Source of the DNA: Oculina patagonica | Lineage: Eukaryota | Length of the DNA stretch: 64,000 bases | NCBI RefSeq assembly: GCF_052425735.1 | Contig: NC_135769.1 | Location: 25,854,001 to 25,918,000 of the forward strand | Direction: 5' to 3' | In this document: positions 26,194 to 40,007 of the stretch, in pieces | How the letters are laid out: the number at the start of each line of letters is the position of its first letter | How positions within the stretch are numbered: position 1 is the stretch's first letter | The notes under the pieces: generated by a model | Seen by the model: only the letters and a program-made list of their open reading frames with translations | What the model was told of the DNA's origin: nothing | Database searches by the model: none | Position numbers and translations under genes: made by a program

Positions 26194-29100
26194 GTGCTAC
26201 CGACTGGAATTTTCGAGAAAAAAATTTCAAAACTGCTAATTCGCATTTCTTCATATTCAGTGAAAAGAAACCCTTTGGTGAACTATTTACGAAAATAACA
26301 TTTAAAATTTTCAAATGGTTTTTATATTTGAGAAAATCGGCAAAAGGTTAAAAGGCCGTTTTCGCGTCCCGCCGCCATAAAATTTTGTCGAATTTTTGTG
26401 GGTATTCAAAACACTCGTACGGAAAGAAGGTTGAACGTATGAAATTTATCTTTGGCAGGTATGCGGGGCATCCAATATACTACACAGAAACCTAAAAATA
26501 TTGCAAAACGATGCAATTAAACAGATCTTTTTTAAAGCCCGAAAATTGGCATTTTGAGCACTTTGGTAAACACTTGAAACAAGGGTAACTTTGGTGGCAA
26601 AAATCGTGTCCTGGTACATCAAAATTTGGAATAAAAAATTGATCGGCGTCAAGTACTATTATGGTACTGTAACATATAAAAAATTCAGCCCGAGCAATTG
26701 AAAAACCAACCGTTGAGAGAAGTAAACGCATAGTGAATATTTCATGTATTGACTGCAAAAATTGTCACGGTCACGCAACACTAGTAAACACATTTCGATC
26801 TGATTTATTCAATGTGTTTTAGTTTTGCTCACTTTGGCTACAGTTTATGCTCGAAAAAGTCTACCTATCTTATGTATAATTTACTGTTTTGTATTCATAT
26901 AAAAATTAATTTTAGAGGATGGGATAATTGATCTGACCGCAAAAATACAAAGGTCAAGTTTCGTGTCATATTTACCGACTTTGCCGCTCACACTGTGTAA
27001 CTCGCACTGTGAAAGAAATAAAACAATTCAAAGCGAAATGTCTTCACAAAGTAGTCTCGAAGCGTGTCATATTTTATCCTGGTGGTTCTGTTTCATTGAA
27101 TTACTAACTATTTAACACTGGTAAAAGTTATTTTTAGTTCCGGCTGTATCGATTCTGTAAAGTTTTTCGAATACCTCAGTCTGTGTGTCAACAACATGAA
27201 TTTTGCAAATACAGTATGTGTTCATAAACAAGATGATGATCTTATCGACAAGCGTATCTATAGGAGAACATCGAAAAATGAAGTAACTGTGTTCAACTGC
27301 TTGTATATTTTCCTTTTAAGAGTGCGGGTCCTCGACTTGATATTATACGCCAGAACTGATACATGTACATGTTTACCAAGAAAGAACTGCAAGAACTGGA
27401 ATTAGAGGTCTGTCTGAATGTCTGTTGATTTCCTGTTTAACCATAACATTAAAAAAAACACTCTTGGCTATAAAGCAAAAGATACTATACCACCAGCAGC
27501 AGCTTACCATACATGTCCAAACATAACAAGTAACGATTCTCGGCTGGTTGAGCAAATACCAAACACATTCGAAAAGGCGATCTCCACAGCCGTTGTCAGC
27601 CGTCGTCACGCTCTCCACTTCGCTCCACTGTTCCCAAGCTGTCTGCCTTTCTCCCGTTTGCAATTTTTGCACAGGTTCTCTGTCTTTTTACCGCATTCAC
27701 AACCAATCTCGACTCACTCTTTGTACCTCCAGACTCTTAAAATCAAATTCCATCCCTTGGATAGCAGGGAAAGGGAAGATTTTATACGGGTGTTGGGTGG
27801 GGGGGGGGGGGGGGGGTAGGGGGTCAAGGTTTATTTTGTCATTCATCTTATTGTCCCACGAAGTGACTGACCAGATTACCTGGTGTAATCAGTTACCTTA
27901 AGGTTTAAGATGGTAGTAATTTTAGCGATTTTTTTTAGCAAGATTTAGCGACAATGTAATTTAGCGATTTTCAGATTTTTTTAAAAAAAACCAGCAGGCC
28001 CTAGAAAAAAAAATACCCAGTGTAAACCAGTATTTCATAAAGTAATAGCTAAGATGGAAATAAATGTTCAGTAAAAGAACAGAATCACTAGACGGCATTG
28101 TCAGAAAGAACAAAGTTTCGATATCCATTTCTTAAAAGAATTTTTGATGTCGACTATGATTAATTTATTTTCCTTTGGGGAGGGGGGAGGGAGGTACTAA
28201 AATTTAACGAGTATTAAATTTGACGAAGACTAATTTTAGCGAGTACTTAATTTAGCGATTTTCGTGCTACTCGCTCAAATCACTAAAATTAGAAGCCGTT
28301 AAAAATTGCACACTTGAGGTATGTTGTACTGACAGCAGCCTGGGAACTAGCTAAGGGTTGGCCCTCAGCCCTCAGATACTGAGGTGGACAGGAATTCAGG
28401 AAGAGAGGTTTAACTTAAAAAAAAAAAAACAACAGCGACAAAAAACCTTGTAGTAGAGAAAAGAAAAGGACCAACCTTGCAGAAAAAAATTGGTCGGAAA
28501 TCATTTCCTGTCTCCACTTCTCAGTATTTAAAGGTTTGCCCCTTGCCTTATTTTTGGATATGTGGGACGATTAAATGCAGAGGGCCACACAACGTTAGGA
28601 AGACTTTGGCACAATTCTTTGTCGGATCTCACGTAGCTTGGAGATGCGTGTACTAGAAGTCACTCGAGGTGTATAAAACAGTAATTTTAAATGCACGGCT
28701 AGTACGACGACTCTTAGTATTGGACAATTTTTTAGGAGCTGGCTTATATACTAAACAGTGGCGGATCCAGACCTTTAGGTAGGTGGGGGCCCCAATCATC
28801 CTGACCTGAAATTAGCTCTTGAAGATTATTTTTCTTTGTCCCGTGGGCCTCGGTTTAGCCTAAAAATAATGGGGACCAGGGCCCAATGGCCTCTCCCCTT
28901 GATCCGCCACTGCTTTTAATAGTTGCAGACGCAACAGAACACAGAGCAATTTAACTTGGTCCCGCATTCATGCAACTACATTCCTGGAAAAGTTCTTGCA
29001 ACAGGACCACATAAAGAGCCCTTTCCTCACTTGTGGAACAGACACAGCTAGTCCAAGTTCATTGCAAAAGAATTGTAGCTGCCACAGTTTTTTCTTCGAA

Positions 29101-30950
29101 AGAGAGTTTGCCTAGACCATTTCCTACACAAGGGCCTGGTTTAAAAAAAAATCTGAAAATCGCTAAATTAAATAGTCACTAAATATTGCTCAGAAAAATG
29201 GCTTAAATAAGTAGCCGCTAAAAATAGCAACCTTAAGGTAACGATTACTTCTGCAATTCTGGTAATCTGGTCAGTCACTTTGTGGGACAATAAGATGAAT
29301 GACAAAATAAACCTTGACCCCCTAACCCCCACCTCCCCCCCCCCCCCACCCAACACCCGTATAAAATCTTCCCTTTCCCCGCTATCCAAGGGATGGAATT
29401 TGATTTTAAGAGTCTGGAGGTACAAAGAGTGAGTCGAGATTGGTTGTGAATGCGGTAAAAAGACAGAGAACCTGTGCAAAAATTGCAAACGGGAGAAAGG
29501 CAGACAGCTTGGGAACAGTGGAGCGAAGTGGAGAGCGTGACGACGGCTGACAACGGCTGTGGAGATCACCTTTTCGAATTTGTTTGGTATTTGCTCAACC
29601 AGCCGAGAATCGTTACTTGTTATGTTTGGACATGTATGGTAAGCTGCTGCTGGTGGTATAGTATCTTTTGCTTTATAGCCAAGAGTGTTTTTTTTAATGT
29701 TATGGTTAAACAGGAAATCAACAGACATTCAGACAGACCTCTAATTCCAGTTCTTGCAGTTCTTTCTTGGTAAACATGTACATGTATCAGTTCTGGCGTA
29801 TAATATCAAGTCGAGGACCCGCACTCTTAAAAGGAAAATATACAAGCAGTTGAACACAGTTACTTCATTTTTCGATGTTCTCCTATAGATACGCTTGTCG
29901 ATAAGATCATCATCTTGTTTATGAACACATACTGTATTTGCAAAATTCATGTTGTTGACACACAGACTGAGGTATTCGAAAAACTTTACAGAATCGATAC
30001 AGCCGGAACTAAAAATAACTTTTACCAGTGTTAAATAGTTAGTAATTCAATGAAACAGAACCACCAGGATAAAATATGACACGCTTCGAGACTACTTTGT
30101 GAAGACATTTCGCTTTGAATTGTTTTATTTCTTTCACAGTGCGAGTTACACAGTGTGAGTGGCAAAGTCGGTAAATATGACACGAAACTTGACCTTTGTA
30201 TTTTTGCGGTCATATCAATTATCCCATACTCTAAAATTAATTTTTATATGAATACAAAACAGTAAATTATACATAAGATAGGTAGACTTTTTCGAGCATA
30301 AACTGTAGCCAAAGTGAGCAAAACTAAAACACATTGAATAAATCAGATCGAAATGTGTTTACTAGTGTTGCGTGACCGTGACAATTTTTGCAGTCAATAC
30401 ATGAAATATTCACTATGCGTTTACTTCTCTCAACGGGTGGTTTTTCAATTGCCCGGGCTGGATTTTTTATGTTACAGTACCATAATAGTACTTGACGCCG
30501 ATCAATTTTTTATTCCAAATTTTGATGTACCAGGACACGATTTTTGCCACCAAAGTTACCCTTGTTTCAAGTGTTTACCAAAGTGCTCAAAATGCCAATT
30601 TTCGGGCTTTAAAAAAGATCTGTTTAATTGCATCGTTTTGCAATATTTTTAGGTTTCTGTGTAGTATATTGGATGCCCCGCATACCTGCCAAAGATAAAT
30701 TTCATACGTTCAACCTTCTTTCCGTACGAGTGTTTTGAATACCCACAAAAATTCGACAAAATTTTATGGCGGCGGGACGCGAAAACGGCCTTTTAACCTT
30801 TTGCCGATTTTCTCAAATATAAAAACCATTTGAAAATTTTAAGTGTCATTTTCGTAAATAGTTCACCAAAGGGTTTCTTTTGACTGAATATGAAGAAATG
30901 CGAATTAGCACTTTTGAAATTTTTTTCTCGAAAATTCCAGTCGGTAGCAC
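26194..30950. mobile_element. 4.76-kb foldback element with ~1.7-kb near-perfect TIRs and TTAA TSD (Sola3-like, non-autonomous)
   Basis: TTAA|GTGCTACCGACTGG... and ...CCAGTCGGTAGCAC|TTAA. Arms 26194-27879 and 29261-30950; mirrored ORFs in the track (27196/29741, 27418/29168) confirm the inversion. Long TIR plus TTAA specificity is the described Sola3 pattern; family call is inference. Confidence 0.85.
28756..28912. mobile_element. Short MITE (TIR CAGTGGCGGATC) in the foldback loop
   Basis: CAGTGGCGGATC ... GATCCGCCACTG; TSD not evident. Confidence 0.55.
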
Positions 30951-31177
30951 TTAAAATGTTGGTTTTTGCTTTTGTCTGCAAAATCTGCATCGCCAAAAGT
31001 TAGTTGAGGTTTTTGGGACCTTCTGTTTTTCGTTGTCAAGGGAATACTGTAAAGCGAATAATGTCATGACGTAAGTTTCCCATCCGAGCAAAGAAAGAGA
31101 ACTTAAAATTAAAAGCTACTTGAAAAGTTAGGTATGGTCTCCAAAAACTGTCATACCTTTTGTTCTTTGTAATATAG

Positions 31178-31976
31178 AGCAATGCATAGCGAAGACAATC
31201 GGAAAGCCAGTTACAAACAAGGCTCTTATAAATCACGTGATCAGAACCCCGAGGGCGACGTCAGAGAAAGTGTGTGAGTTACACTGCTTTATGGAATCCG
31301 AGTGTGAATCATACAACTTTGGTCCAAAGGAAAGTGGTGGGTACGTGTGTGAGCTGAGTGACTCTGATTCTATCAGAGATCCGCTGGACTGGATTACAAA
31401 ACAAGGATTTGTTTACGCAGAAACCAAGGTATGATATGCAGCTTTGTTATGTTAGGACGATGTTTGGTCAAAAAGTCTCCAGACTGCAAGAAAAAATGTC
31501 TTTGCAATGCCAAGACTTTATCAATTTGCCCTAGTTCGTATGACATTAACACCGCTTGGAAGAGGTAGAAGCGTTTTTATTTTTATATTTATTGTGTATT
31601 TTTTGCGCAACCTTGTTTTTTCTTTTTCATTTGAACGAAAGAATCCATGCAGAGAGTTTCAGTGTCCTGTTAATTCCCGCTGTCAATCAGACTTTGAACA
31701 TAACACGCAACAGTGTGTGTGTGGGGCAGGATTCACTGGTAACAACTGTGAAGCAGGTTAGTTAAAAGTGGTTTAACATATTATAAAATACAGTTATTCT
31801 GAAAGTTATTTCTTTATTTTACAAATGTTTTCTTTTTGTTTAATTTTTCGCAGATGTAGACGAATGCACGCAGGGAGTTGATGAGTGTCACGTGAACGCA
31901 ACGTGCAACAATACCGAAGGATCGTACAACTGCACGTGCAAGGATGGATTCACGGGAGATGGTTTAAGTTGTCAAG
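31178..31976 (+). CDS. PAN + EGF + cbEGF exons of unit B2
   Basis: [64 protein letters not shown]...GFVYAETK / [38 protein letters not shown] / [41 protein letters not shown]. Confidence 0.8.
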
Positions 31977-32048
31977 GTGAGAAAGCCGTGTAATTATGTA
32001 ACAGTCGAAAATTTGAAAGTACTGCATAATCATGATGGGAAAATAGTT

Positions 32049-32538
32049 ATAGTGGAGCTCCCTGCGGCCCGAGGGGCCGCAATGCAGAGCCCCATACCCA
32101 TAGAAAATTAACACACCCATGCTTTTGGTTTTTCATGGTCATCATGGCTAGCGGGATGGTTCGCGGGCGCGTGCGCCTAGCGACGACGTCGCCCCAACCT
32201 GATCATGAACATGGCGGCCTTACTCCAGAAATAGGTTTAAGGTTATAGTTCACGTCAGCTTACATCTTTGATATTGGACGTCCATGTCATGGTCAATTGA
32301 CAGCTGTCAAAACAAGGTATCCGCTGACCAGTATCACATGACCATTTCGCGAGCTCACATATAGAGCTCATCGAGGTCAAATGTTTTTGAAGTTTACCGC
32401 TGACCAAGTAGTAGTTTCCATTGCATCGCGGGCTCAAGTGTTATATTTTTTTTGTCATCAGTCAGTAAATTCGGATTTACGAAAATGGCGAAGAAAATAA
32501 CCGGGGTGCTCCGCTTTTAGGCTTGGCTAAATCTATTT
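32049..32538 (+). mobile_element. HINE-like element, family 3 (copies: 5' part ~12570-12738; full ~60908-61383)
   Basis: 5' AGTGGAGCTCCC ... 3' GGGTGCTCCGCT followed by a short imperfect hairpin TTAGGCTTGGCTAA. The 60.9-kb copy is absent at the paralogous site 25670-25690. Confidence 0.6.
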
Positions 32539-34630
32539 AATAACTTCTATAAGTGAGTTTTTTTACAATGTATGTTCTATTAAAGCTTTTTGTTTTTCTT
32601 TTTCGAATGCCACCGTCAGTTGTAAATTTCGACGAAACGCTTTGAATTTATAATTCCAGCGTTAAGCTTTAGTGAATTTTTCCCATATTATAAGGGGGAA
32701 GATACCTAACTATAACTTATTTGTTGTGGAAGATTTTTTTGACTTCATATCCTGGGCTTCCTAACTTCAATGCATGACATTACTTTTTATTAAATAATCG
32801 AACTCTTAATTTTCTTTCTTGAATCCCAACCGCATTTAGTTACGTTACATTGACATAACAGGAAATTATTCCATTAAAACTCGGGCAGGTCATACTGTTT
32901 AATTCGACTTGATCCGTTATCGAATTGTATTATATATATTTACCCATTGAACAATGCAATCGATATTTTTTCATTTGGCCAAATCAGAATAAGAAATCAT
33001 CCGCCATCAGTTTTGCTTGTCACTTGCTTCCTTTTCAGTTGCTTCTTTAAGATGCTGTATTTTTTAAAACCGCCCACCCAAATTCACGTCAAAAAACAAT
33101 TTTGCTTGAAACTCTGGCAACTGAAAGACTTTACTAAAAAATATTTGGTTTGTTTCAAAATGATTTTCTGGCCGTGTTATTATTTTTTCTTGAATCCCAA
33201 CCGCATTTGGTTAAGTTACATTGACATAACAGGAAACTCAAGCAGGTCATACTTTTAATTCGACTTGATCCGTTATCGAATTGTATTACATTTACCCATT
33301 GAACAATGCAATCGATATTTTTTCATTTGGCCAAATCAGAATAAGAAATCACCCGCAATCAGTTTTGCTTGCCACTTGCCTCCTTTTCAGTTGCTTTTTA
33401 AGAGGGTGTATTTTTTAAAACCGCCCACCCAAATTCACTCAAAAAATAATTTTGCTTGAAACTCTGGCAACTGAAAGACTTTACTAAAAAAGATTTGGTT
33501 TGTTTCAAAATGATTTTCTGACTGCGTTAGGGCCATGAAATATTTTGCCCATTCGGGCCCGCAGCAACGTCGTTAGAAAATGGGCATTTTTCGAGCCATT
33601 GTAAAATATTTCATTCGCATTGAACACCGACAATTTTTATATAAAATTGTTCATAAACATTTTGAATTCTAGTTTTCTAAGAAAGAAGCAAGTCCCTCGA
33701 TTTAACTGGAAATGCGAAATCAATAGTATAATGACCACTACCAATCGACATCGAACGAAGGCTGAAAAATGACCTTGATTTAGAAGCGAATATTTTAATT
33801 TTGGGATCTAACTGATAAACTCTAGTCTACACAGCCGAAAAGTGACATCCTTCAAATATGCAAAATCCCTTGTACGTTTTCAGTATTTCAAAAGTTATTA
33901 CCATTTGTGTAAGCACATTTGCGAGGTATAACGACATTTGCGCTTAAATCAAATTCAAGCTATAAAAGCAGATTTTGTCATAAATACAGCTTACCTGTTT
34001 CTTACCTCTGCTTTATTCCACCTTTTGCCATTTTGCAATCCTCCAGATAGCTGAATTCCGATACATTTCCAATAAACAGGCAGGTATTACCTTCAAAACT
34101 TGAGGATGACTTCTATCGATCGAATATCTTGTTTATAGCGAACAAAAGCTCAAAACCATGGCCACCTTCGAGCTAAATAACGTATCGAAATATAAGCTTG
34201 GAGGATCCGCAAATAATAAACTGTCCAAATTTTCTGGAGTTTCCTTTTTGCGAGTTTTTGAATTTGACGTTGTTTCGGCCCAGAAAACGCACAAAGAATG
34301 TATATAACTCCCGCCATTATGACGCCATGCTTGGCCAATAACTATTGAAATTGCATATCATATAAAATTATCTAAATTAATGTGACGTAACACCTAAAAG
34401 AAGAAACGGTTTGCTATTGCAGTCAGACAAGGATGGAATTCCCTTTGGCCTGGCCATTCATGTAAAAGCATCATGGATTCTGGTCACTCAAGAGGAGACG
34501 GGGAGTACTGGATTGCTCCCGAGGGTAACGGAAACCCTATATCAGTGTACTGTGACATGACAACTGAAGGTGGTAAGTGATAATGAAAGTGACAATGATA
34601 CTGACAGTGATAATGATGAGGATGATGAAA

Positions 34631-34632
<2 letters not shown>

Positions 34633-34683
<51 letters not shown>
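34633..34683 (+). repeat. (GAT)n microsatellite at the 5' end of the intron after the 150-nt exon
   Basis: Pure GAT run; degenerate GAT/AAT arrays at the same position in other units (e.g. 13680-13732, 5838-5880). Confidence 0.9.
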
Positions 34684-34684
<1 letters not shown>

Positions 34685-36157
34685 GTGAGGATAGTATTCT
34701 TCTAAGCAAATTCCACATTTAAGTGGCGATGTCCTTTAAAGCGGACCACCGCATTTCGGGTCTGTACAAAGTTTCCCTTCAAACTTTGCCAAGTGAACTA
34801 TCTTGGTTCACAAGTAAATGCAACGGCTTTAGTTTTTTGAAATACGTTAAAATATAGTTTTTAGAGCCTATAACAGCCAAGGCGACTAAAAGGCTAATTT
34901 TGATGGTCACTACAACGAAAAATTACACAAGTTGACGAGCTCGGCACACAAAAACCGCCGACCGAGACAGAAAATTATTATAATCCCATGAAAGGTGGTC
35001 CTTGAAAGATTGTAAAAACATGTTTGTTTTAATATTTTTCTTATTTTCAGGTTCGGAAAAATTTATATCTCAACAACCGTCATATCGCTTTTTATAAACA
35101 TGTCAATCTACCCTGACTTTGCTAGCCGTTATTTTCCAAGTCCAGACCAGACTATTCTAAATACCAGCTGAATTCTACTAAATAGATGCCAGAGAGCACA
35201 GAAATCTAAAAATACCTTGCACTTCTTACTTTTTTTTGCCACAGCGACTTCCAACTTTTCGTGTTTTAAGCGAATCTTTCACACGCATTATGCAAATGAG
35301 GTTGTAAACCGAACAACGGTTGTTTTCAACAAAAACGGTTAAATTGTAAAATTTTGGCATTGGAAGTAAAAAATACTGGGAGTATAATAGAAAGAAAACT
35401 TGCAAATGATATAAGTAGTTAAAATTTACGAATTATTCGGTCTCGAACTTTGCATGCTTTCAAGACAAATGTAACAATTAATTTGCAAAATTTGTTGTCT
35501 GCTGAACTTGGACCGATTTTTTCAAACAAACCGTTCTAGTTTTTTGAAACTCGCTGTGTTTTATCTATATTTAAATATGAAAGCATTCAAGGTGTAAAAT
35601 TTAGATAATTCATTCAGTTTTATCTGGTCTAACAAGTTGGAGTAATGTACCTTTAATTTGAAATCAACAATTTGTGACCCCTTAATTCAGTTGACTTGTT
35701 TTGTTACCATTTTATAACTTTGCAATTTTATTTAGCTAACCTGCTGTTAAAAGACACATTCCTAAACGTGTTTTGCATACAGCAGCATTCATTATTCTCA
35801 GCCTGAATTCCCGCCGTATTTGTGGTCGCCTAAGCTACTTTCTATAAACCGCCTTACAATTAAACCGAATTTGCGTGACTTTTTTGTGTGTAATGCATAA
35901 ACAGGATTTGCGTGGGGAAAACCGGACAGTTTGTACCGTCAAAATTCTATTGCTACAATTCACGTTACCTGTTTTAAGGATGCCCAAAGACATTTGACAT
36001 TGTTATTCTGTTACTTATTTTATTCATCGTTTAGTGTTAAGTGTTATATAATGGCACGATTTTTAAAACAAATGTTCGAAACAGTTCTGGTAAGTATTGC
36101 TACAAAGTTTTGTAATTGGTTCGGCCCTGGGTTCGGCAAATAAAACTTCAAAACAAG

Positions 36158-36480
36158 ATGTCGTGCTTTTTGTCGCGAACGGAAAAGTGTGGCGATTCAC
36201 GAAACGTTTCAGGTCTCTTCTGCTTGCTTCAGTGCGATAAATCGATAGACAGCCATCTCGCTTCTATACATTTATCACAAGAGGATACTACGGAATGGAA
36301 ACTTATCCTGGCCAGAGCTGGCTTTTTCGATGTAGAGGGGTTGGTTGTCGCAAAAATTAACGTGTGCGCCAAGCACATCGGCACACATATGGAAATTTCT
36401 GGCGCACAAGAACAGTTTTCCTTTATCAAGCGCACCAAGGACGTCCACGAAGAAACAAGGGGGGGGGGGGGGGGGGCAAA
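36158..36480 (+). pseudogene. Cys/His-rich N-terminal fragment, probable transposase remnant
   Basis: MSCFLSRTEKCGDSRNVSGLFCLLQCDKSIDSHLASIHLSQEDTTEWKLILARAGFF...INVCAKH, then degenerates. Located inside the long-TIR element; resemblance to cnidarian transposase N-termini is from memory only. Confidence 0.5.
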
Positions 36481-36599
36481 GAGCCGATATTCCGTAAATC
36501 TATTCCGTAAGGCTATTTAGCAGATTACGGTATTTTCGTTTAAGTCGGATCAGGTGCGTAGAGAATAACCATACACTTTCTCTCACATAAAACTAGTCC

Positions 36600-37559
36600 A
36601 GTCCCTGAACTCTCTCTTCCGCGCGCCCTTTATAGAGGTTGAAACCAAGCGTGTGAAGAGAGAGTCCAGGATAACTTGCATGTGCATGAGCCGATCCCCC
36701 CTCCCTAAATTGGGGAAAAAACATATTTGGCAGCACTTTTGAAAACGCGCGCGCACAAATAACGAGCTCAACTACGCAACTGTGCACACTATACTAAAGC
36801 AGGATCACCGGAATAACTTTAAAAAAGCCTAGCTTGCCAGTCATTGTCTACGCACGTGATTCATGTCGCAACGTCATGCCACGCCATATATTGAGCGCGC
36901 GCGCTGTGACAGCTTTCTGAGCACATACAGGATGGGTAGCCGTTCCGCTCACTTCGCTTTGAGTTTGCTCTTTTAAATGGTCGGTGACCCCTACTTTTTC
37001 TTAACGGACTACTTTCGTTAATTAATATCTACGTTTTGCGAGAAAATGAAAAAAATCTATCGAGTGGAAGTTTGTTTTCATTGTCCGACTGACGTTTGAA
37101 TTTCGCTTTTTGAGCTTCTCGTTTTGCCGTACGACAGTTTTTAATGCCTTTTTCAGGGTTAAGTCTTACAAAAAGGATATCAACACAGGAATTATTTACG
37201 TAACAGACGCCCTTCTACAAAATGTGACTAAGATTGTTTGCCTCCGCTCACTAATCTTCGATTTTTTTTAACTATAAGCCTTGTAAACAGTGCTGAATTT
37301 CGCGTGCCAATATTGCAAAATCAGGGTAGTTTTCCACACGCTTTATCTCGGAAACAAAGTCGGTGGCCGCAGCAAAAATTTTAAAAAAATCTATCGAGTA
37401 GAACATTTTGACGCGAACGTCCTTAAGCAAGTGACGCCACACTCCTCGCTTCTGATTGGTTCCTTCTGAGCATGCGCATGCAAGTTATCCTGGACCCTCT
37501 TTTCGCATGCCCGGATTCAACCCCTATAAAGGGCGCGCGGAAGGGAGAGTTCAGGGACT
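36600..37559. mobile_element. Nested MITE with ~90-bp imperfect TIRs enclosing a truncated TTAA-ended element
   Basis: agtccctgaactctctcttccgcgcgccctttatag...aggataacttgcatg is inverted relative to catgcaagttatcctgg...gggcgcgcggaagggagagttcagggact. The inner fragment ends gcgaacgtccTTAA (~37426). Confidence 0.6.
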
Positions 37560-39419
37560 CTGAAAAGAAATAAAAATAAATGTAAAAACTAGGAGTTGCT
37601 GATAGCAAGTAAAGTGCTGCGAAGAGAGTTATAAGAATAATAATAATAGTAGGAACGAACGGAAGGTCATAGGAATGTTTCGAATTTTCACATTTTCAGA
37701 TGTGAAAGATGTGATTTCTCTCAGCGAGTGAAATGCTGGTAATGCTTATGACTGTTTCCAAACACAACCTTGCGTGCACGTGCAATTCGATTGCAAAGCC
37801 ATCAGAAACACCAATTTATGACGTCAAAAAGCTCAAAGCTCGTTCCATTCCAGTGCGAGGTCATTATGAAAACCTTTGCGTGGAGCCTTCGCAAATCATT
37901 GTACTTTTTGCTGGGTATATTTCGCGCTTAAGACTCAGAAAGTAAAATTTCTCCTTAAATAAGCTTAGGAATGAATAATTTTAGTGTTTGGTTGCAGAAC
38001 AAAGACCTTTAAATTAACGGTATAAATTGAGTAAGTTTCGATTTCGTGTTTGACAACAACTTGGCTTTACTTGATCTTGCATATTTATAGCTTTTCCTGA
38101 CTATTTTTTCTGACTTTTTCTGACTGACTATTACACGTTCGGAAGTCGTTTCTCGTAGCTCTGAAAATGCCAGGGCATGTTTTCGGATATGCAATTATAC
38201 GGGAATTATCAAAGCGAATTATAAGAAGGCCTCGTAAATTCGTTATTCATCAGAGCTGGCGCATAAGGGATGAAAAGACCGTTTCCCCGGCACTATACTT
38301 GACCATCTTGCTCAAGAGAGGTTTCTTGGGAAGTATTAACAAAGTACTGAACAGAAGCGCAAGCGGCAGCGCTTTAAAATTTAACTTCTTGCTCTTTAAC
38401 GAAAAGGACATCGCAAACGACAAACGCAGCTTCCACATTTTACATGCCGCTGATCATACGTACTGCATGTACTCAAAATCATCGCCAGTGAAAAAGTCAA
38501 ATCGAGTGTGTCGCCTATATAAAGCGCCCAGGCCCGCGCGGACAGTCAAAAATAGTTCTGCTGCTACGCTAAGGCTTCGCAGCAATAAATTAGAAATTAC
38601 ACGGCTAAAGGAAGGTCTTTTATAGCTGGTGAGTCATTAAGGCCCTTTCTTATTTTTGAGTCTAATGCTTGCGTGCGCTTTGCGCATGCGCATTAGACTC
38701 TTTGTTATATGAAAAAAGCTGTTAGCAATCCCAAGGGAATGGTTCGGGATCGATAATCGTTCGCTGTAATGTAGAAAACAATGATCAGTTGCAAGAACGG
38801 ACTCCGTACGGACACGCACGATTAGTTTCAATTAAAAACAGCCAATCAGCGACACGTGTTCCCACGCATAATTAAAAGTTCTTTCTCAAGTCACGATTAT
38901 TCAACACTTGAACAGGACGAAATAATTTTCCAGTTAAGACATTTGTAAGCTTTTTGTGAAAATAAATCTTCGTTTTCAGTTCAGTTAAGCACTTGTGTTT
39001 TCGTCTTGCTTAAAAAGCAAGACGTCTTTGAGAAAAAATATTTCGACGGCGACTCGCGTTTATTTACACAATGCGACCAAATATTTATTTTGTTTTAAAA
39101 AATAGAAAACTTTACCTCGGTTTTTGTATTTAAGTCATTCGAATTTTGACCAATTTTTTCTTTACAGTGCAAACAAAAACCTTCAAAAATAAAAGATGTA
39201 CATGGATAAATGTAAATCAAGTTACGCGACTAAATCAAAATGCGTTTGTTTGGCCGCTTTGCAGTATTACACTGTCCCGGCCTTTGCCATACACTGAAAT
39301 CGAATTTCATGCTTTTACGACTCTCAGAGATCTTAAGTTCTTCTTACAGCTAGAAAAATCATAAAATGGTTACATTGTATGGAAGTGATGTTCGCGTTTT
39401 GTCTTTCTTTTTCTTTTGT

Positions 39420-39460
<41 letters not shown>

Positions 39461-39601
39461 TTTCCCACCTTATATTTGAGTCAAGAAAACAGACAAGTAC
39501 TTTTTTGAGAAAAGTATTTCTTTGAAAAGTATTTTATTTGCAATGAGATAGTGCTTTCCTTTCCTTTTTTTGGAGGAAAATGATATGATCTCAGAGTGTA
39601 G

Positions 39602-40007
39602 TACACTCTTTTTTTGTAAGAAAATATTCTTATTTTTCTGCCGATTTTAGGCTGAAAATATTCTTATGAACATTATTAGAAAATACCGTTTGACATTTCC
39701 GTTTTAGCAAGTATTGGGTAATCAATTACAAGTGTTTGGTGTCCAGATCTGTATCGCGTTACATTGTGCACATGTACCATTGCTTTTCGTTGCAGCCTGG
39801 CCGTTTTGGCGTTAAAACAAAGAATTCCTCACAGAGATAAAGTGACGGAAATGAAAATACCTGATTTTGTTTCAACTAAAACTACCGGTATATTCTTTTT
39901 TAAAATCTCAGCCTCGGATTTATTCCTAAAATATTATTATTAAAAATTTGCAAATTTCAGCCTCGATATTCTTATAAACTACATTCTTATAAAATAAAAA
40001 GAGTGTA
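39602..40007. mobile_element. Nested MITE (TACACTCTTTTT ... AAAAAGAGTGTA)
   Basis: Inverted termini with TA ends; no coding capacity. Confidence 0.55.

Noticed and set aside
27196-29950. Mirrored ORFs of 69-186 aa
   Set aside because: By-products of the inverted arms; no recognisable domain; they run through poly-G.
33691-34354. ~660-bp B-specific intronic insertion (also 12740-13414)
   Set aside because: Probably a repeat fragment, but no TIR or TSD could be defined, so it is not classified.
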